Shown here: piece by piece, positions 26,646 through 38,800 of the stretch
Position numbering within the stretch: position 1 is the stretch's first letter
Layout of the letters: every line of letters starts with the position of its first letter
Position numbers and translations under genes: made by a program
Origin: Lingula anatina
Taxonomy: Eukaryota; Animalia; Brachiopoda
Direction of reading: 5' to 3'
Assembly (NCBI GenBank): GCA_051362555.1
Contig: CM120643.1
Location: 6,076,001-6,140,000, forward strand
DNA: 64,000 bases
Notes under the pieces: model-generated
Databases searched by the model: none
What the model was told of the DNA's origin: nothing
The model's input: the letters and a program-made list of their open reading frames with translations, nothing else

Positions 26646-27452
26646 CCCGTATCTTTTATATCATGTTACCTTTTCTTGAGCATTTTCCATGGCTATAAGG
26701 ACACGAGTTCTTGTAAAAACTTCAAGGGATAAGAACTGTTCATTTTGGCCAAAAAATGAATTTTGCTGGGGTAAACAACAATTTTCCCAGTCTTACTAAT
26801 GGTAAATGAATACATTCCGACATTCAAAGTTAGTCCGTGTTTTTCCTTAAAAGTTCTGTTAATTACATTTATGTGGACTTTTCTTTAAACAGCAACAATT
26901 TCTACATAGAATTGACGTCATCTCTCAGCTGGCCTATGGTAGAAATTAAAGATAAATAGATATATATAGAATTGACGTAAAAATTAAAAATAAATATATA
27001 TATATATATAGAATTGACGTCATCACTCAGCTGGCTCTGGTACAAAGTAATTTTGTAAAGGCATTATTAATTGACAAAAAATGTCACTTTTAGTTGGAAA
27101 AGGCGTCCTTTAAAAAATAATTTGTCAGTGGGGATTTTGGGGGATAGTGAAGAAACAATTAAAACTGACAGCTCATCAAAGGGATTCCAGGATAAATGAG
27201 ATTATCTGTTTACCCCACTTCTACCTGGAGATGTGCCTTCATTAAGGTTAGCAACATGATTAATGGGGGGGAGGGGGGAGGGGGGAGGTTAAAACAACAA
27301 AGATAGAGTGTCAGTAAGTTCATCAAAGGGATTCCTGGATAAATGAGATGATCTGTTATCCCTATCTCTACCTGGTGAACATTTTGATCTAAGGCAGGCA
27401 TTTATAATTTTTCTCAGTGTCACATTGTTTATTCTCAGTATTATATTCATTA

Positions 27453-27622
27453 CAGGGGGGATTGTCCGGGGGTCGGTTGTAAAGGGGGAAATAGCCAGGT
27501 GGGGAGGATTATCGGGGGGGGGGGGGGAGGATTATCGGGGGGGGGGGAGGATTATCCGGGAGGGGAGGATTATCCGGGGGGGGGGAAGAGGATTATCTTT
27601 GGGGGGGGGGGGGTCCTAATAC
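27453..27622. repeat. G-rich GGGGGAGGATTATCC subterminal-type repeats (MITE end)
   Basis: GGAGGATTATC(C)GGGG is repeated ~5x and ends in GGTCCTAATACC. Confidence 0.6.
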
Positions 27623-29409
27623 CTGCGACCACATCACATCCAGCCACCTAGCGCGTTCAAATATTTTTTCAATTTGTCATCCTTTCCCTTAATTAATATG
27701 TACGGTTAGCAATTCTTGATAATCTCACACAAAGTGATTGTGGCTTCAAAATACATTTATTTAAGACATATAAAACAAAATACGTATCTAAGTTCACATA
27801 TAACATGGCACCGACAACAGACGAGGTTGGCCACTCACAGCGCAGCATAACTAGTGTTATAATTATGATATTTATTCTTGCAAATATAAGTTAGATTTTA
27901 CATGGACTTTTGAAGAGTGATAAAAGTAACTAAAACACATTATGACATATTCCACTAACAACATAAAGAAGATTTAACTGAATAAATTATGAAATCAATC
28001 TGCTCTTTAAAATAGTTCAATAACATAAAATAGGAATTCAATTATTAGAACATAAGATAAATCAGTTTACAGTTTAAAGTATTGACGTTTGTACATTAAA
28101 ATTCTTGCGAGTCCATGGGATAAAGGTCTTTGCTCAAACAAGTTTTTGAATATAAAAATTCTGAGGGTGTCTTGGGGAATGTGAATATTCTATAACTTTT
28201 GGTATAATAAATGATTTTGTTTATGATCTTCCATACATGCTCTTCCATACACATACATACATACATACATACACACATGAATATTTGACTACTTAAATCA
28301 TCGCACTGTTTTGTACAGGAATGGAATTTGTCTCTTTAAGGCCGGGGTTAACGGGGTGTTTGGATACAGTAACTTAAATATGTAGTGATACATATAGGCA
28401 GGACACAAAAAGTTCTAGAAGAAAACAAAATAATTCTCATTTATTGCAATTAATATAACAAAAAATCCACATTTGTATGTTTATGTCAGACGAAATGTCA
28501 CAGTTACAATCTACACGTGTTTGCAGGGACACTCTTTTTTTTTTTAGTCAATTCCTTTTCCATTAAAAGGAAGATGTTTTACTCTCAAATAGAAATACAG
28601 GGTGTCCCAGTATAAACGTAACCCAAAAATGTGAACGCCGTTTATTTTCTGTTTGCAAATTATATACAATTCATATATATCTGAAAACTGCAGAAGTTAG
28701 CAAATTTACTGCTACAAACAATATGTCACGTGCTCTACTGGCAAAGATTTTGTCGTCATTTATAGAAAATATTCCAAATGTGCTCTGTTATACATTGCAC
28801 AGTGTCTTTCAATTCATAATGTAGTTTTATCAAGGAGTTATAACTCCTTGGTTTTATTAAGTAGTAAACATTAGAATGTCAATTCGAGGACTAGCGAAAA
28901 TGTTCTTCAAATTTGTAAAGTGTATTGAACGAAACTGATCTGGGCACTCAGTCGTATGTATGCAGTCACAGACTACATATTCCTCCGTTTAAATCGCACC
29001 GCACGCACAGTCTGTTCTCACGTGGTCTTCTGACCCACCTGTCCATCAATCATCACTGTACTAAATATAAACATATCAATCATACACTGTAAATCTACAA
29101 AGTTTATTAAGTTTCCTGTTATAACCTCTCAGCAAAATTGAACTAAATGTACACCATCCCACCAAGGAAATTTCAAATTTATATTAAAGGAAAAAAAGAA
29201 GAAAAAAACAAGGGCAAATAGAAAAGATCTCATGTTGAGCGATCTTTCAATATTTGATTTAAGCTTTCAAGTAAGACAATATTTTTAATCAGGGATAAGA
29301 CAAAAAGAAGATATCCTCCAACTGAAGTAAATGTTATTAGGTGCAAATAATAGTACTAAGGACTAAGTAGGCTAAAAAATCTTTATTTAACTGGGGCCTA
29401 CCAAAAGTC

Positions 29410-29810
29410 GCATGCAGTGTATATGTGTACATAGCTGTACAAGTAAAGCTATCGCCTGCGTCCGTCGTCGTCGTGCATATTTCACTGTTATAGCAATAAA
29501 TTGATAACAGTGTGGCTATTTTTTTTGTTTGTTTGTTATTCTCAAACTTACTGGAGTAATTCATATTATGATAAATACAGTCCACGTTCAAATGGCAGAT
29601 ATATTGAGTCTTTTTTCCTTAAATTATCCCGCTTTTTTTACTTTTCTGTTATATATTATAATGTAAGACTTGATAACGCAATAAAAGGAAAACCCCGTGA
29701 CTTATCATACTGAAATTTACAGAATCACTTTTTAGCATGAGTATTAGAATACAGGCCAAGGGCAAATGTCAACTTTATCGGACCATTTTTGGCGAAGGTT
29801 ATCCCATGTC
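29410..29810 (-). mobile_element. HINE-type fragment in reverse orientation
   Basis: TATGTGTACATA..CCTGCGTC(CGT)n is the reverse of the (ACG)n-GACGCAGG-hairpin end seen at ~19900 and ~43090. Confidence 0.5.
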
Positions 29811-30475
29811 CCCCTTTCCTTCGAATGGAATGTGTAGTCTCTCCTGACGCTCTGCTTTCCGTAGTTGTTATAACTAAAGCTTGCTCGAGTCCGTCTTAAC
29901 GCTTAATAAAATAATTTGTAATCGGATATACATAAATATTCTGTCGTTAAAGAGTCTAGATTTATGATTTTAGTCGCTACGAGAGAAAATAATATAGCTT
30001 GATAAAAGTATTGATCAAATAGGCCCATGATCATTAATATAAAGCGTGTTATTATAAATAGGTAATAATTTACAAATAATTAGCTTCACTTCTTTCGGCT
30101 TCTCGATCCTAGACAACGTCTCGACATGCATTCCCAGAGAAAAAAAATGTATCGCCTGCAGGGGCCTCAAGTACGATTACCACTGTTACATAGTACTCTT
30201 TTTTCATATAAATGAAATTCATGACATTTGGACAATTTTGAAATAAGTGCATTCAGTACAAAAAGTTTCGAGTATTTTAATTTTTTTTATTATGACACTC
30301 CCGAGAAATTATAAGGAAAATTTTCATGTCAACGCCCTCTATGATTTATTACTGTCTTCACTAGCACAATATGATGAAATTCATGGACAACGTCACAATC
30401 ATGTTGAGATAGACTCTGAGGTCAAATAATGTAGCATTAAAACTGTTGTAACTCAACTTCCTCTATTCTCCCGGA

Positions 30476-30476
<1 letters not shown>

Positions 30477-30509
<33 letters not shown>
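30477..30509. repeat. (CA)n microsatellite
   Basis: Directly visible. Confidence 0.9.
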
Positions 30510-30511
<2 letters not shown>

Positions 30512-31111
30512 AAAAAACAAACAAACAAAAATTATTCTTATAGTTTTGAAAGTAACGCCTCGGTTAGAAAAGTGTTGTTAGCAGTTTGCTAAGAAAATAG
30601 TTTGACTATACAAAATGTTATAGAAAAATCAAACCCGCAATTAAGAACTTTATAATATTCCAATTCAGGTCTTTCAATGTTTCAAGAATTTCATCGGCTG
30701 TTTTACAACTTGGTCATACTAACAGCCGGTTTTAATCAATAATTAAAACAAGTTAATATTTGCGCTCCGATATTTCCGTCTCCGTTCTCCGTTATGTGGC
30801 TTTCATCGGGGATTCAGCTTTTTGCACACCTCAGGTAGTGGTGATACTCACGTCCTTAACCCAACTTTCTATGTTACTGGAACATTTTTGTTCTCCTAGA
30901 CAATAACCGACACTGCATAACATTAATAATAAAACAACACAAACAACATATAAAGTGTATATGGACGCAGTTAGCGCACGAATTTTATTCCAAACCATCT
31001 TCAATCATTTACAAACAACATAAACAAATAATTAAATAAATAAATTATAAACACGAGGATACCCTCTCCTCACCAAACCTCTTTATCACCTCTTCCTTTT
31101 ATATATAAAAA

Positions 31112-31520
31112 GGAATCACCGGGATATCACATCCCAAACAGCTCTTCCAAGCTCATCTTTCCCTTACCCAGGAAATCACCGGGATATCACATCCCAACAG
31201 CTCTTCCAAGCTCATCTTTCCCTTACCTAAGGAATCACCGGGATATCACATCCCAACAGCTCTTCGGAGCTCATCTTTCCCTTACCTAGGAAATCACCGG
31301 GATATCACATCCCAACAGCTCTTCCTAGCTCATCCTTCCCTCATATAGGGAATCACCGGGATATCACATCCCACAGCTCACCCAAGCTCATCTTTCACTT
31401 GCACAGAGATTTAACAGAATATCACAACCCAAGCACTTCCGATCTCATTTCTCCCATACATAGGAAATCACCTGAGACCACATCCCAAAACACCACCTCC
31501 GAACTCATCTATCCACTACA
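31112..31520. repeat. ~7 x ~59-bp tandem repeat between A2 and B2 of the PAT-like element
   Basis: The unit GGAATCACCGGGATATCACATCCCAACAGCTCTTCCAAGCTCATCTTTCCCTTACC decays rightwards. Confidence 0.9.
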
Positions 31521-32062
31521 CAAGTGCAAACTTCCTCAAAAACGGCTCATATAAATCAATCATCAAATTAATAAACGTAAATCTCAAACCCAAACACACA
31601 CCCATGTCTACCACATATACGCCTATAACACAACATACACTGTATTTATGTTGAAAACAATAAAAATAAAATTAAATAACCATTGTAAAAATAACCACTG
31701 TAGTTAGAAAACAGAAAGAATCACATATACTAATCAAATTAAAACAACAAATTCATCAACAAAATTTGAAAATTAAAATTTACGTGTAGACTGATCTGCG
31801 CTAACTGGTCGAATGAACAACTGTCGTAACTTACCCACAATGCATTCTTACCACTAGCACAACTAACACAATGTATACAGTGTCGCCCCCTAGGAGAAAA
31901 TAATTCCATTCTTATTCACTTCGCTCAACCGAATAGAATTATATTTCTCCTAGACAATAACCGACACTGCATAACATTAATAATAAAACAACACAAACAA
32001 CATATAAAGTGTATATGGACGCAGTTAGCGCACGAATCGAAAACAAAGAACGGGAATAATTT

Positions 32063-33049
32063 TTAAAGACCCAATTTTTTACTAACAAATAATCTGTCAG
32101 ATAAATTATCTTTCACATAGCCATCTTTAGCCGTTTCCGATCTCCACCTTCCATGTCTTTTAAATAACCTGTCTGTAACACCAGCTCTTGCAGCAGCAGT
32201 AGCACCACCTGCTCTCAAACTATGTAAACCAAATTGTTTTATATCTTTAACAAAAGGAGAAAAAGAGGAAATGAATAATTCTCTCATTCTAGTATATGAA
32301 ATAGGCTTATCGTCATCTCTAAAACGATAGCTGTTGAAGTGCTTGGTGACAGATCTGAAAAGATACAAATCCGAATGCTCAAGATTCGCATAAGAGAATA
32401 ATCTCTCTAAATTTTTTACAGGGCAAAGCTTTGAATAAGTTCTTGCGATAACCATATGAGAACCATCTCTATAGATGTCCGTTTTACTCTTTTCGATAAA
32501 AATCGACATGTATGAATCATGAAACGAAACATCGCTGATCCTAAAATTTAACAGCTCTGAAACTCTAAGAAAGCCTGCATAAGAAAGCAAGCAAGCACAT
32601 ATAGTACGTTGAGAATACACATTCCCTTCTTCAAAATTTGCATTAAACATTTTTTCCAAAATATCTGGAGATATGGGCTCTTTTTTGCAAACTGGCTGTG
32701 ACTTGCTCCTCTTAATACCTTCCAACACATTTTTAACTAAACTAGAGTCTGTAGGAGACTCTGCGCTTATAATGGCATGAGCCCATTTAAGCCCGTAAAA
32801 AGCCTGATGAACAGGACTAGGTGAATTGGACTGCTCTGCTAAACATGACAAGTACAAAGCAACATGAAAACCTTTTGCCGGAAAAATCTCTTGAATGCCG
32901 TTCTTCTTCGCCCAGAATTTCCATCGCATGAAAGCTGAATAATAACCCTTGATTGTGTTCAATGACCGACTCTCAGACAAAAATCCAGCAACCAATGGTA
33001 TTTTACCAGCCAACTCGTCAGGAAGCTCAGAAGTGTCATCCTTATAAGC
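32063..33049 (-). CDS. Tyrosine recombinase of the PAT-like element, frame intact
   Basis: Catalytic motifs YAGFLRVSEL (R), KSKTD (K), HSLRAGGATAA (H-x-x-R), HGRW and KDGYV (Y). No ATG at the ORF start; a strong splice acceptor lies at 33050-33051. Confidence 0.92.
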   Translation of the reverse strand, partial: AYKDDTSELPDELAGKIPLVAGFLSESRSLNTIKGYYSAFMRWKFWAKKNGIQEIFPAKGFHVALYLSCLAEQSNSPSPVHQAFYGLKWAHAIISAESPTDSSLVKNVLEGIKRSKSQPVCKKEPISPDILEKMFNANFEEGNVYSQRTICACLLSYAGFLRVSELLNFRISDVSFHDSYMSIFIEKSKTDIYRDGSHMVIARTYSKLCPVKNLERLFSYANLEHSDLYLFRSVTKHFNSYRFRDDDKPISYTRMRELFISSFSPFVKDIKQFGLHSLRAGGATAAARAGVTDRLFKRHGRWRSETAKDGYVKDNLSDRLFVSKKLGL

Positions 33050-33107
33050 CTGCAAAAATAAATGTAAAAAACAAAAACAATTAGTAATTTAAAATCACTT
33101 CTATTTA

Positions 33108-35380
33108 TTAAGAAAAATCAAATCTGACTGCCAGCATTTTAAACGGCAAGTCCAATCTACCAAACAAACCTCCTGCTTTTCCAGGAACATAACAAGCTTT
33201 TTCTCTCGGTAACTCTACATATGCTACAGCTTCCTTTATAAAACACCCGCCTTTACATAATAAAGGCCAAAAACTAGCTGAGTGCCAACAAGGTAAAATT
33301 ACCGTGCCACAAGCCTTGCATTGTCTTAAATACAATATAACTCTAGATAATATACACACAGGGGGCACAAACCAACCATTTACACCACCCCAATGAACAG
33401 TAAATGCATCAGTGCCCACCGCACCTGGAGTCCAATATCTAGAATAAAAAACTGCCAATTTATTGTTATGATCGGAGGCAAAAAAGTCAATTTCATGCGG
33501 CCCCCAGACTGAATCTAAATAATCAAAAATACTATCTGCCACCGCCCAATCATCATAGTCTACTAATCTGCTGATTTGATCTGCACATAAATTTTCACTA
33601 CGTGGAATCCATTCAGCACGTAGAGTCACACCATTTAACAAACACAATTCAAAAATACTAAGCGCAATATCTTGCAAATTACAATTCATGCTACCTCTTT
33701 CAATAATACTAACAACATTTTTGTTGTCTGAAAACCATTTAATAGATTTGCCCTGAAGGAATGGCAAAAAGGATGAAAAAACTCTTTTCACAGCTACGAG
33801 CTCTCTCCATGTTGAACTACAATTTATCTCGTTACTATTCCACATTCCATGCGAAATCTCCAAAGGATTTTCCACCATATAACCGCCATAACCAGTTCCA
33901 CTAGCATCGCTGTAAATAATAGAATGCACAGCTTGATCAATTATAAAATTCCTTACAGAAATCTTGCATACATTAGATTCCCACATTCCATTTGCTTTAT
34001 ACTGTCTTTACTCAAAACAATTTGTTCATTCCAACATTTAGCTTTTGAAATATCAAAACTCAGACATTTTGTCATAATATAAACCATATTGCCAGTGACA
34101 AAAGACGTAGAAATGATCTGACCTACTAAGCTAGCAACAAAACGCACATGAACGCTGCCTTTTCTTCTAAACAAAGATCGGATATCCTTTATAGTTTGCC
34201 GAATTTTAAGAATTCTGTAATCAGGAATGCATATAGTGCCTTTCTCTAAATTCAAGTTATATCCTAAAAATAAAATCTTAGTACTAGGAGACCACATTGA
34301 TTTTTCAACTTTAGGAACGAACCCGCTGTTAATAAGATCTTGCTTAATTTCTAAAGCAATCTTCTAACATTCGCTGTACTGCGAATGACAACCAAAACCA
34401 TCATCTTAATACATGACCACTTTTTTGCCCTCTCCTCGCCACTTTTTAACCAGCGGCCTCGTCACTTTAGTAAAAATGTAGCATGCCGAACTGAGACCAA
34501 ATGGCAATACTTTAAATCTAAAAAATTTGGAAGTATTTCCAAATTTCCAAGAAAACCCTAAAAAATAAGTGTGAGGCTCAAAAATATCAATGTGATGATA
34601 TGCAGAATGTAAATCAAATTTGAAACAAAAATCTCCCTGTTTTAAATAAAACATTGCAGTACGAATATCTTCAAATTTTACTGAAGATTTCCAAAGATGT
34701 TTATTAACATGCCGCAAATCTAAAATTAAACGCTTTTTACCGCTACTGCTAATAGCCACTGTAAGCGGGTTAACTACAACAGGTGCATCTGAACACTCAC
34801 TAATAAGGCCCTTGACCAACAAATCTTGTATTGCCTGCTCAACAAATGCACTATGCAAAATAGCAGATCTATTGTTATCCAAATGAACTGGCGCAGGTAT
34901 AGAGAAAAAAGGAAGCTTGTATCCATTATCTAAAACATCAAGAATAAACTCATAAGTGCCAATACTTTTCCAAAATGCTAATTTACGTTTTAGCCTGCCT
35001 TTAACACAGATATCTACATTGCCTTGCTCGTATTCAAAATAATCGTCAGAAAATTTTGATTTATCATATGCCACATCACAACAATACTCATCTTTGACAA
35101 AATCATGGACAACTGGTCTTTGAGACTCCTGGTGCACTTCCTGCTGCTTTAGTGAAGGGACAATCTCTCCTCCAATGGCCGAAGGATCCACACGCAAAAC
35201 ACGACCCACTCCTTCCTTGTCCGTAGGGGCTGACAGCGGAAGAGGTTGCTGTTGGCATGAAAGAACCTGGACTGACTGCTCCTGATGCTGCACGGGGAAA
35301 CGCCCATTGTTGTCCACGAAAAAGAGGCTGGGCACGGTAAACAGAATCAGCACTACTAACGTTAGATTTGCTGGAGCCAT
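33108..35380 (-). pseudogene. pol (RT - RNase H - DAM-methyltransferase-like), disrupted
   Basis: RT motifs KKRLILDLRHVN, FDLHSAYHHI and VLPFGLSSA. The catalytic YLDD reads Y*DD (TAA at 34406-8), with a second stop at 34364-6 and a frameshift near 33985. RNase H motifs YSDASGTG, WRELVAV, WFSDN. MT motifs IDFFAS, DAFTVHW, FVPP. Confidence 0.9.
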
Positions 35381-35866
35381 GACTACCCTTCGAAATAGGT
35401 TTGCTCAATTTACGCTTTTTCAATGCCTTGCTTTCCGCTCTATTGATCTTCTTTTCATCCTCAGAGTCACTAGCCAAAGGATTCGCTTCGTAATAACGGA
35501 CCGTGCCCCACCCTCCTTCGCTGGTATCAGCTAACTTAATAAGCTTGTTCCTCTTCTTCTCTTATCGGAAATGGTAAAGATAACTTCTTTAGCGTAGTCA
35601 GGTTTGCTGTTATCTACTGCCCAGATTACCTGCGTCAAAAGTTCTTCTAGCTCGGTATTGAATTCAAACTGAATTCGGTTGCCCTCTTGACGCCATTTGG
35701 TGGAAACCTCGTCTTTAATCTTTTTAACTTTGTTAGAAGAACCATGTACTTCACTTTTTAAACTTTCCAGCTCGGAAGTCACTTGAGCCTTAAGGTCTTT
35801 TAACGATTCTGCCTGCGACTGTACGGACTCAAGAATTTGTTTTAGGGAAACGCCCTCTGTCTCCAT
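35103..35866 (-). pseudogene. gag-like ORF with CCHC zinc knuckle, one frameshift
   Basis: Starts METEG. The conserved RNKLIKLADTSEGGWGTVRYYEANPLASDSEDEKKI block is reached only via a frameshift near 35560. Knuckle: CFACGSFGHWRRDC. Confidence 0.85.
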
Positions 35867-38800
35867 TGAAAATTGCGCTCTCAAAAATTTACGTGTAGAC
35901 TGATCTGCGCTAACTGGTCGAATGAACAACTGTCGTAACTTACCCACAATGCATTCTTACCACTAGCACAACTAACACAATGTATACAGTGTCGCCCCCT
36001 AGGAGAAAATAATTCCATTCTTATTCACTTCGCTCAACCGAATAGAATTATATAAATATTGTTGAGATTTCTTTGTGAAGTCCCAAATATCTCATTTCGA
36101 AAAAAAATCATTTTTTAATTTAAAAACTTATCATTCTGTCCTTCAAACCTTCTACTCTTGTTTAGCCCATTGCCTATGGGGACAGTTCAGCAAAAGCACT
36201 AAATCTCATTCATTAGCACTTCTGTCTTATGTTTTCTGATGTATTCTGGATAATTGCACAAATAGGCCCTAGTAGACTATAGTGCATAAATAAAAATGTG
36301 CAACATTTCGTGCAAGTTGGCAAACATACTTGATTTGATAATCGCCGGCAGTTTGTGTAGTTCAAAAATAGCAAAATTTGACTTCACGTAGGCCTAAATT
36401 CTGTCGACACTGCGTAGAGATTTTACGTCGTTTTTTCACGCGCCATTACGTTGCGTAGCAGTCGTTGTGTGTAAAAACGCTAATTTGAATGTAAAATGCC
36501 TATAATTTCTTTCTGTTTTAATCTTTTAAAATTTCAGTTTCAAGACATGATAGACAAATATGTAAGCTTCAATTTTATTCATTGGGACAACATTTCAGAG
36601 GAAGAATTTGATAGAGTAAATCAGCGCTAAATTATAACGCCACGATGATTTTCTAGCATAACGTCAGCATAACATTTGCTGGAACTTATTTTAATTTTAG
36701 TTCATTTCGTAGAGTTGACGATTTGCCAGTTAATTTTCTAGTGCTGCGTTTTTAGTAATGGCGCTCTTTCTCATTAGACGTCATCTTGGAATTCGAAGTC
36801 CATCTTTGTGAATTACTAGGCCCATAGTTGAAACATAGGGTAGGCCTAGTTACATAAGTAGAAAAAAATCTGAACAGGTTTTTTTAGAGGCAAAAGTTGT
36901 AAAAGTTTGTATAACCTGGTGTGTTAAAGTTAAAGGACACTGGTAAACACCCGAACGCACTCAAAATTCAATTTCCCAAACCTTTTATAGGCTACCATCA
37001 TCCATACCCTCCCCCCATCATTTTTGTGCCGTTTTTTTTCAACATCTTTCCTTTTAATCCAACTTTCTCTATTGAATGGTTCGTCGACATCTAATTTAAA
37101 CTAAAATATCATATTGTCATTTTCAATAGTTTACTAGGTAATTTCTTTATGAACTTTTTATCCCCCCTCCCCGCCTCGCGTTGTGTCTTCACTAACACAA
37201 TGAGGTGATATTTTGTGGAATCCGTCACAATCATGGTTGAGACAGCATCAGAATCAAAACACTGCAGTCTCTATCGTAAGGTCTATTTGGTCAAACATAG
37301 CAAAAACTGCTCAGAAATTCAAATCAGTGGACCTTATTGAGTCATATCAAGAAAGCCAGTGACCCACATAATGTCGTTTCAATTTTGGGTTGATAAGGAT
37401 CTGAAGTTAATTTTCGTCTGACATTTTTTGAAATATACTGAACACAAACGTCGTGTAATGCATTTTTAATGTTGTAAAGTACAAATGAAGTTCCATCCGT
37501 AAAATATTGATGAGAGTTGAAAAGAAAAGGCGGTCACTTCAGCCTGCCACCTCCCCTACCATGAATGTAATGGGATGGACAGCCTGGAAGGAGACATCAC
37601 TGCCTAAGTGCTGAGTGATCAGGAAGTGGAGCGAAGGCGGCTTAGATATTAAGTATACTATTATCGTAATTTAAGCCATATCAATATAAAGTATTAAGAA
37701 ATCAATGTCAGATATTTGGTGATAAGTAAATTGTGATTTATTTTTGAAATGTATTTTGACACCAGTTTGCTTAAGAGCGTTCATGACTATTTCTCAACAT
37801 TTTCCCCACGTACCATGTATTTCCTCTTTCACTTCATCTCATCACGTCTCATAAAACAAAGGAAGATGCAGTTGCAATTCATGTTCAGTATTTTGACCTT
37901 CGTCGGTAGAAATAGTAGTGGCAGTGGAAGTTTACTGTGAGAAATGGCCAAGGAGGGGAAAATGCTGTGAAATGTCTTGTGAAGGTCTGGCTATTGACAT
38001 GTTGATATTTACATGTAGTGAACGGTTGGTAGTGAAATTATAGAATATGTCGTAGGTATAGTAACAAAACGTCCATTTCCTAAGTAAAGTACATAATTCA
38101 GGTATTAAGGGGATATAGTAATACACTTCCATTTCGAATATTGGCAAGATTCGTAAATTAAGATTTAATATTTCATTTCAATAAAATGTGTGAGCTAAAC
38201 TGTGGTTGTATTGATTTCTGCGTGACATGTTATAAGAAGAACCCTTCAAGACATAAGGGGCGAACTGATGACCAGAAATGCTGTTCTGAACGGGTTTGAA
38301 AAGGCTTTATCCAAAGGTGTCTTTTACGTGCTTTATATCAATATAGCATCACGAATTTTGAGGTTATTTACGAATTAAATGTTACATATTTAAAACGTAA
38401 TCATATATCAGAAAGCATGGTCATCAGTTAAAAACTTGCTTTATTGTATTGAAGTATGTTGTATACTGTCGTAGTTTCAAGTTTGTCACACGTGACAATG
38501 TGAAATGGTACTATATGTGGTATTCTTCAGCAGGACAGCAGGGGATGACTTTCTAGTTTACTGTAGATGCGAATTAAGTGCGCAAAAGTATACAAATTAA
38601 ATGTCGGTTTAAAGCCAAACTTCCCTTTCTGTAAAATTCAACAATTTCACCTTAATCACCAAGGAACACATTATCGAAACCATTTATAAATTCTACAAGT
38701 CCGGTGTCGAATTCTTATAATTTCTGTTATTACCAGCGTGAGTATACTCTTCAGTCTCATTCTCCAAATTGACTGAAATCCAGAATATAACGACTGACGC

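Larger units (their letters stand above)
30891..36053 (-). mobile_element. Full-length tyrosine-recombinase retrotransposon, PAT-like DIRS group (split direct repeats A1-ORFs-B1-A2-B2)
   Basis: A1 35884-36053 matches A2 31775-31944 (170 bp); B1 31945-32037 matches B2 30891-30983 (93 bp). The ORFs encode gag, RT/RNase H/methyltransferase-like and YR domains. An MT domain together with split direct repeats favours PAT over Ngaro. Confidence 0.92.

Noticed and set aside
30760-30815. Penelope-type hammerhead ribozyme on the minus strand (CCGATGA..GAAA)
   Set aside because: The core should be CTGATGA, and stems I-III could not be built convincingly.
31112-31520. CRISPR-like repeats beside a recombinase
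   Set aside because: The whole unit is repeated with no variable spacers, and it lies within the retroelement.
30891-36053. Classification as Ngaro or DIRS1 proper
   Set aside because: There are no terminal inverted repeats (so not DIRS1), and a methyltransferase-like domain is present, which Ngaro elements lack. An RT phylogeny would be decisive.
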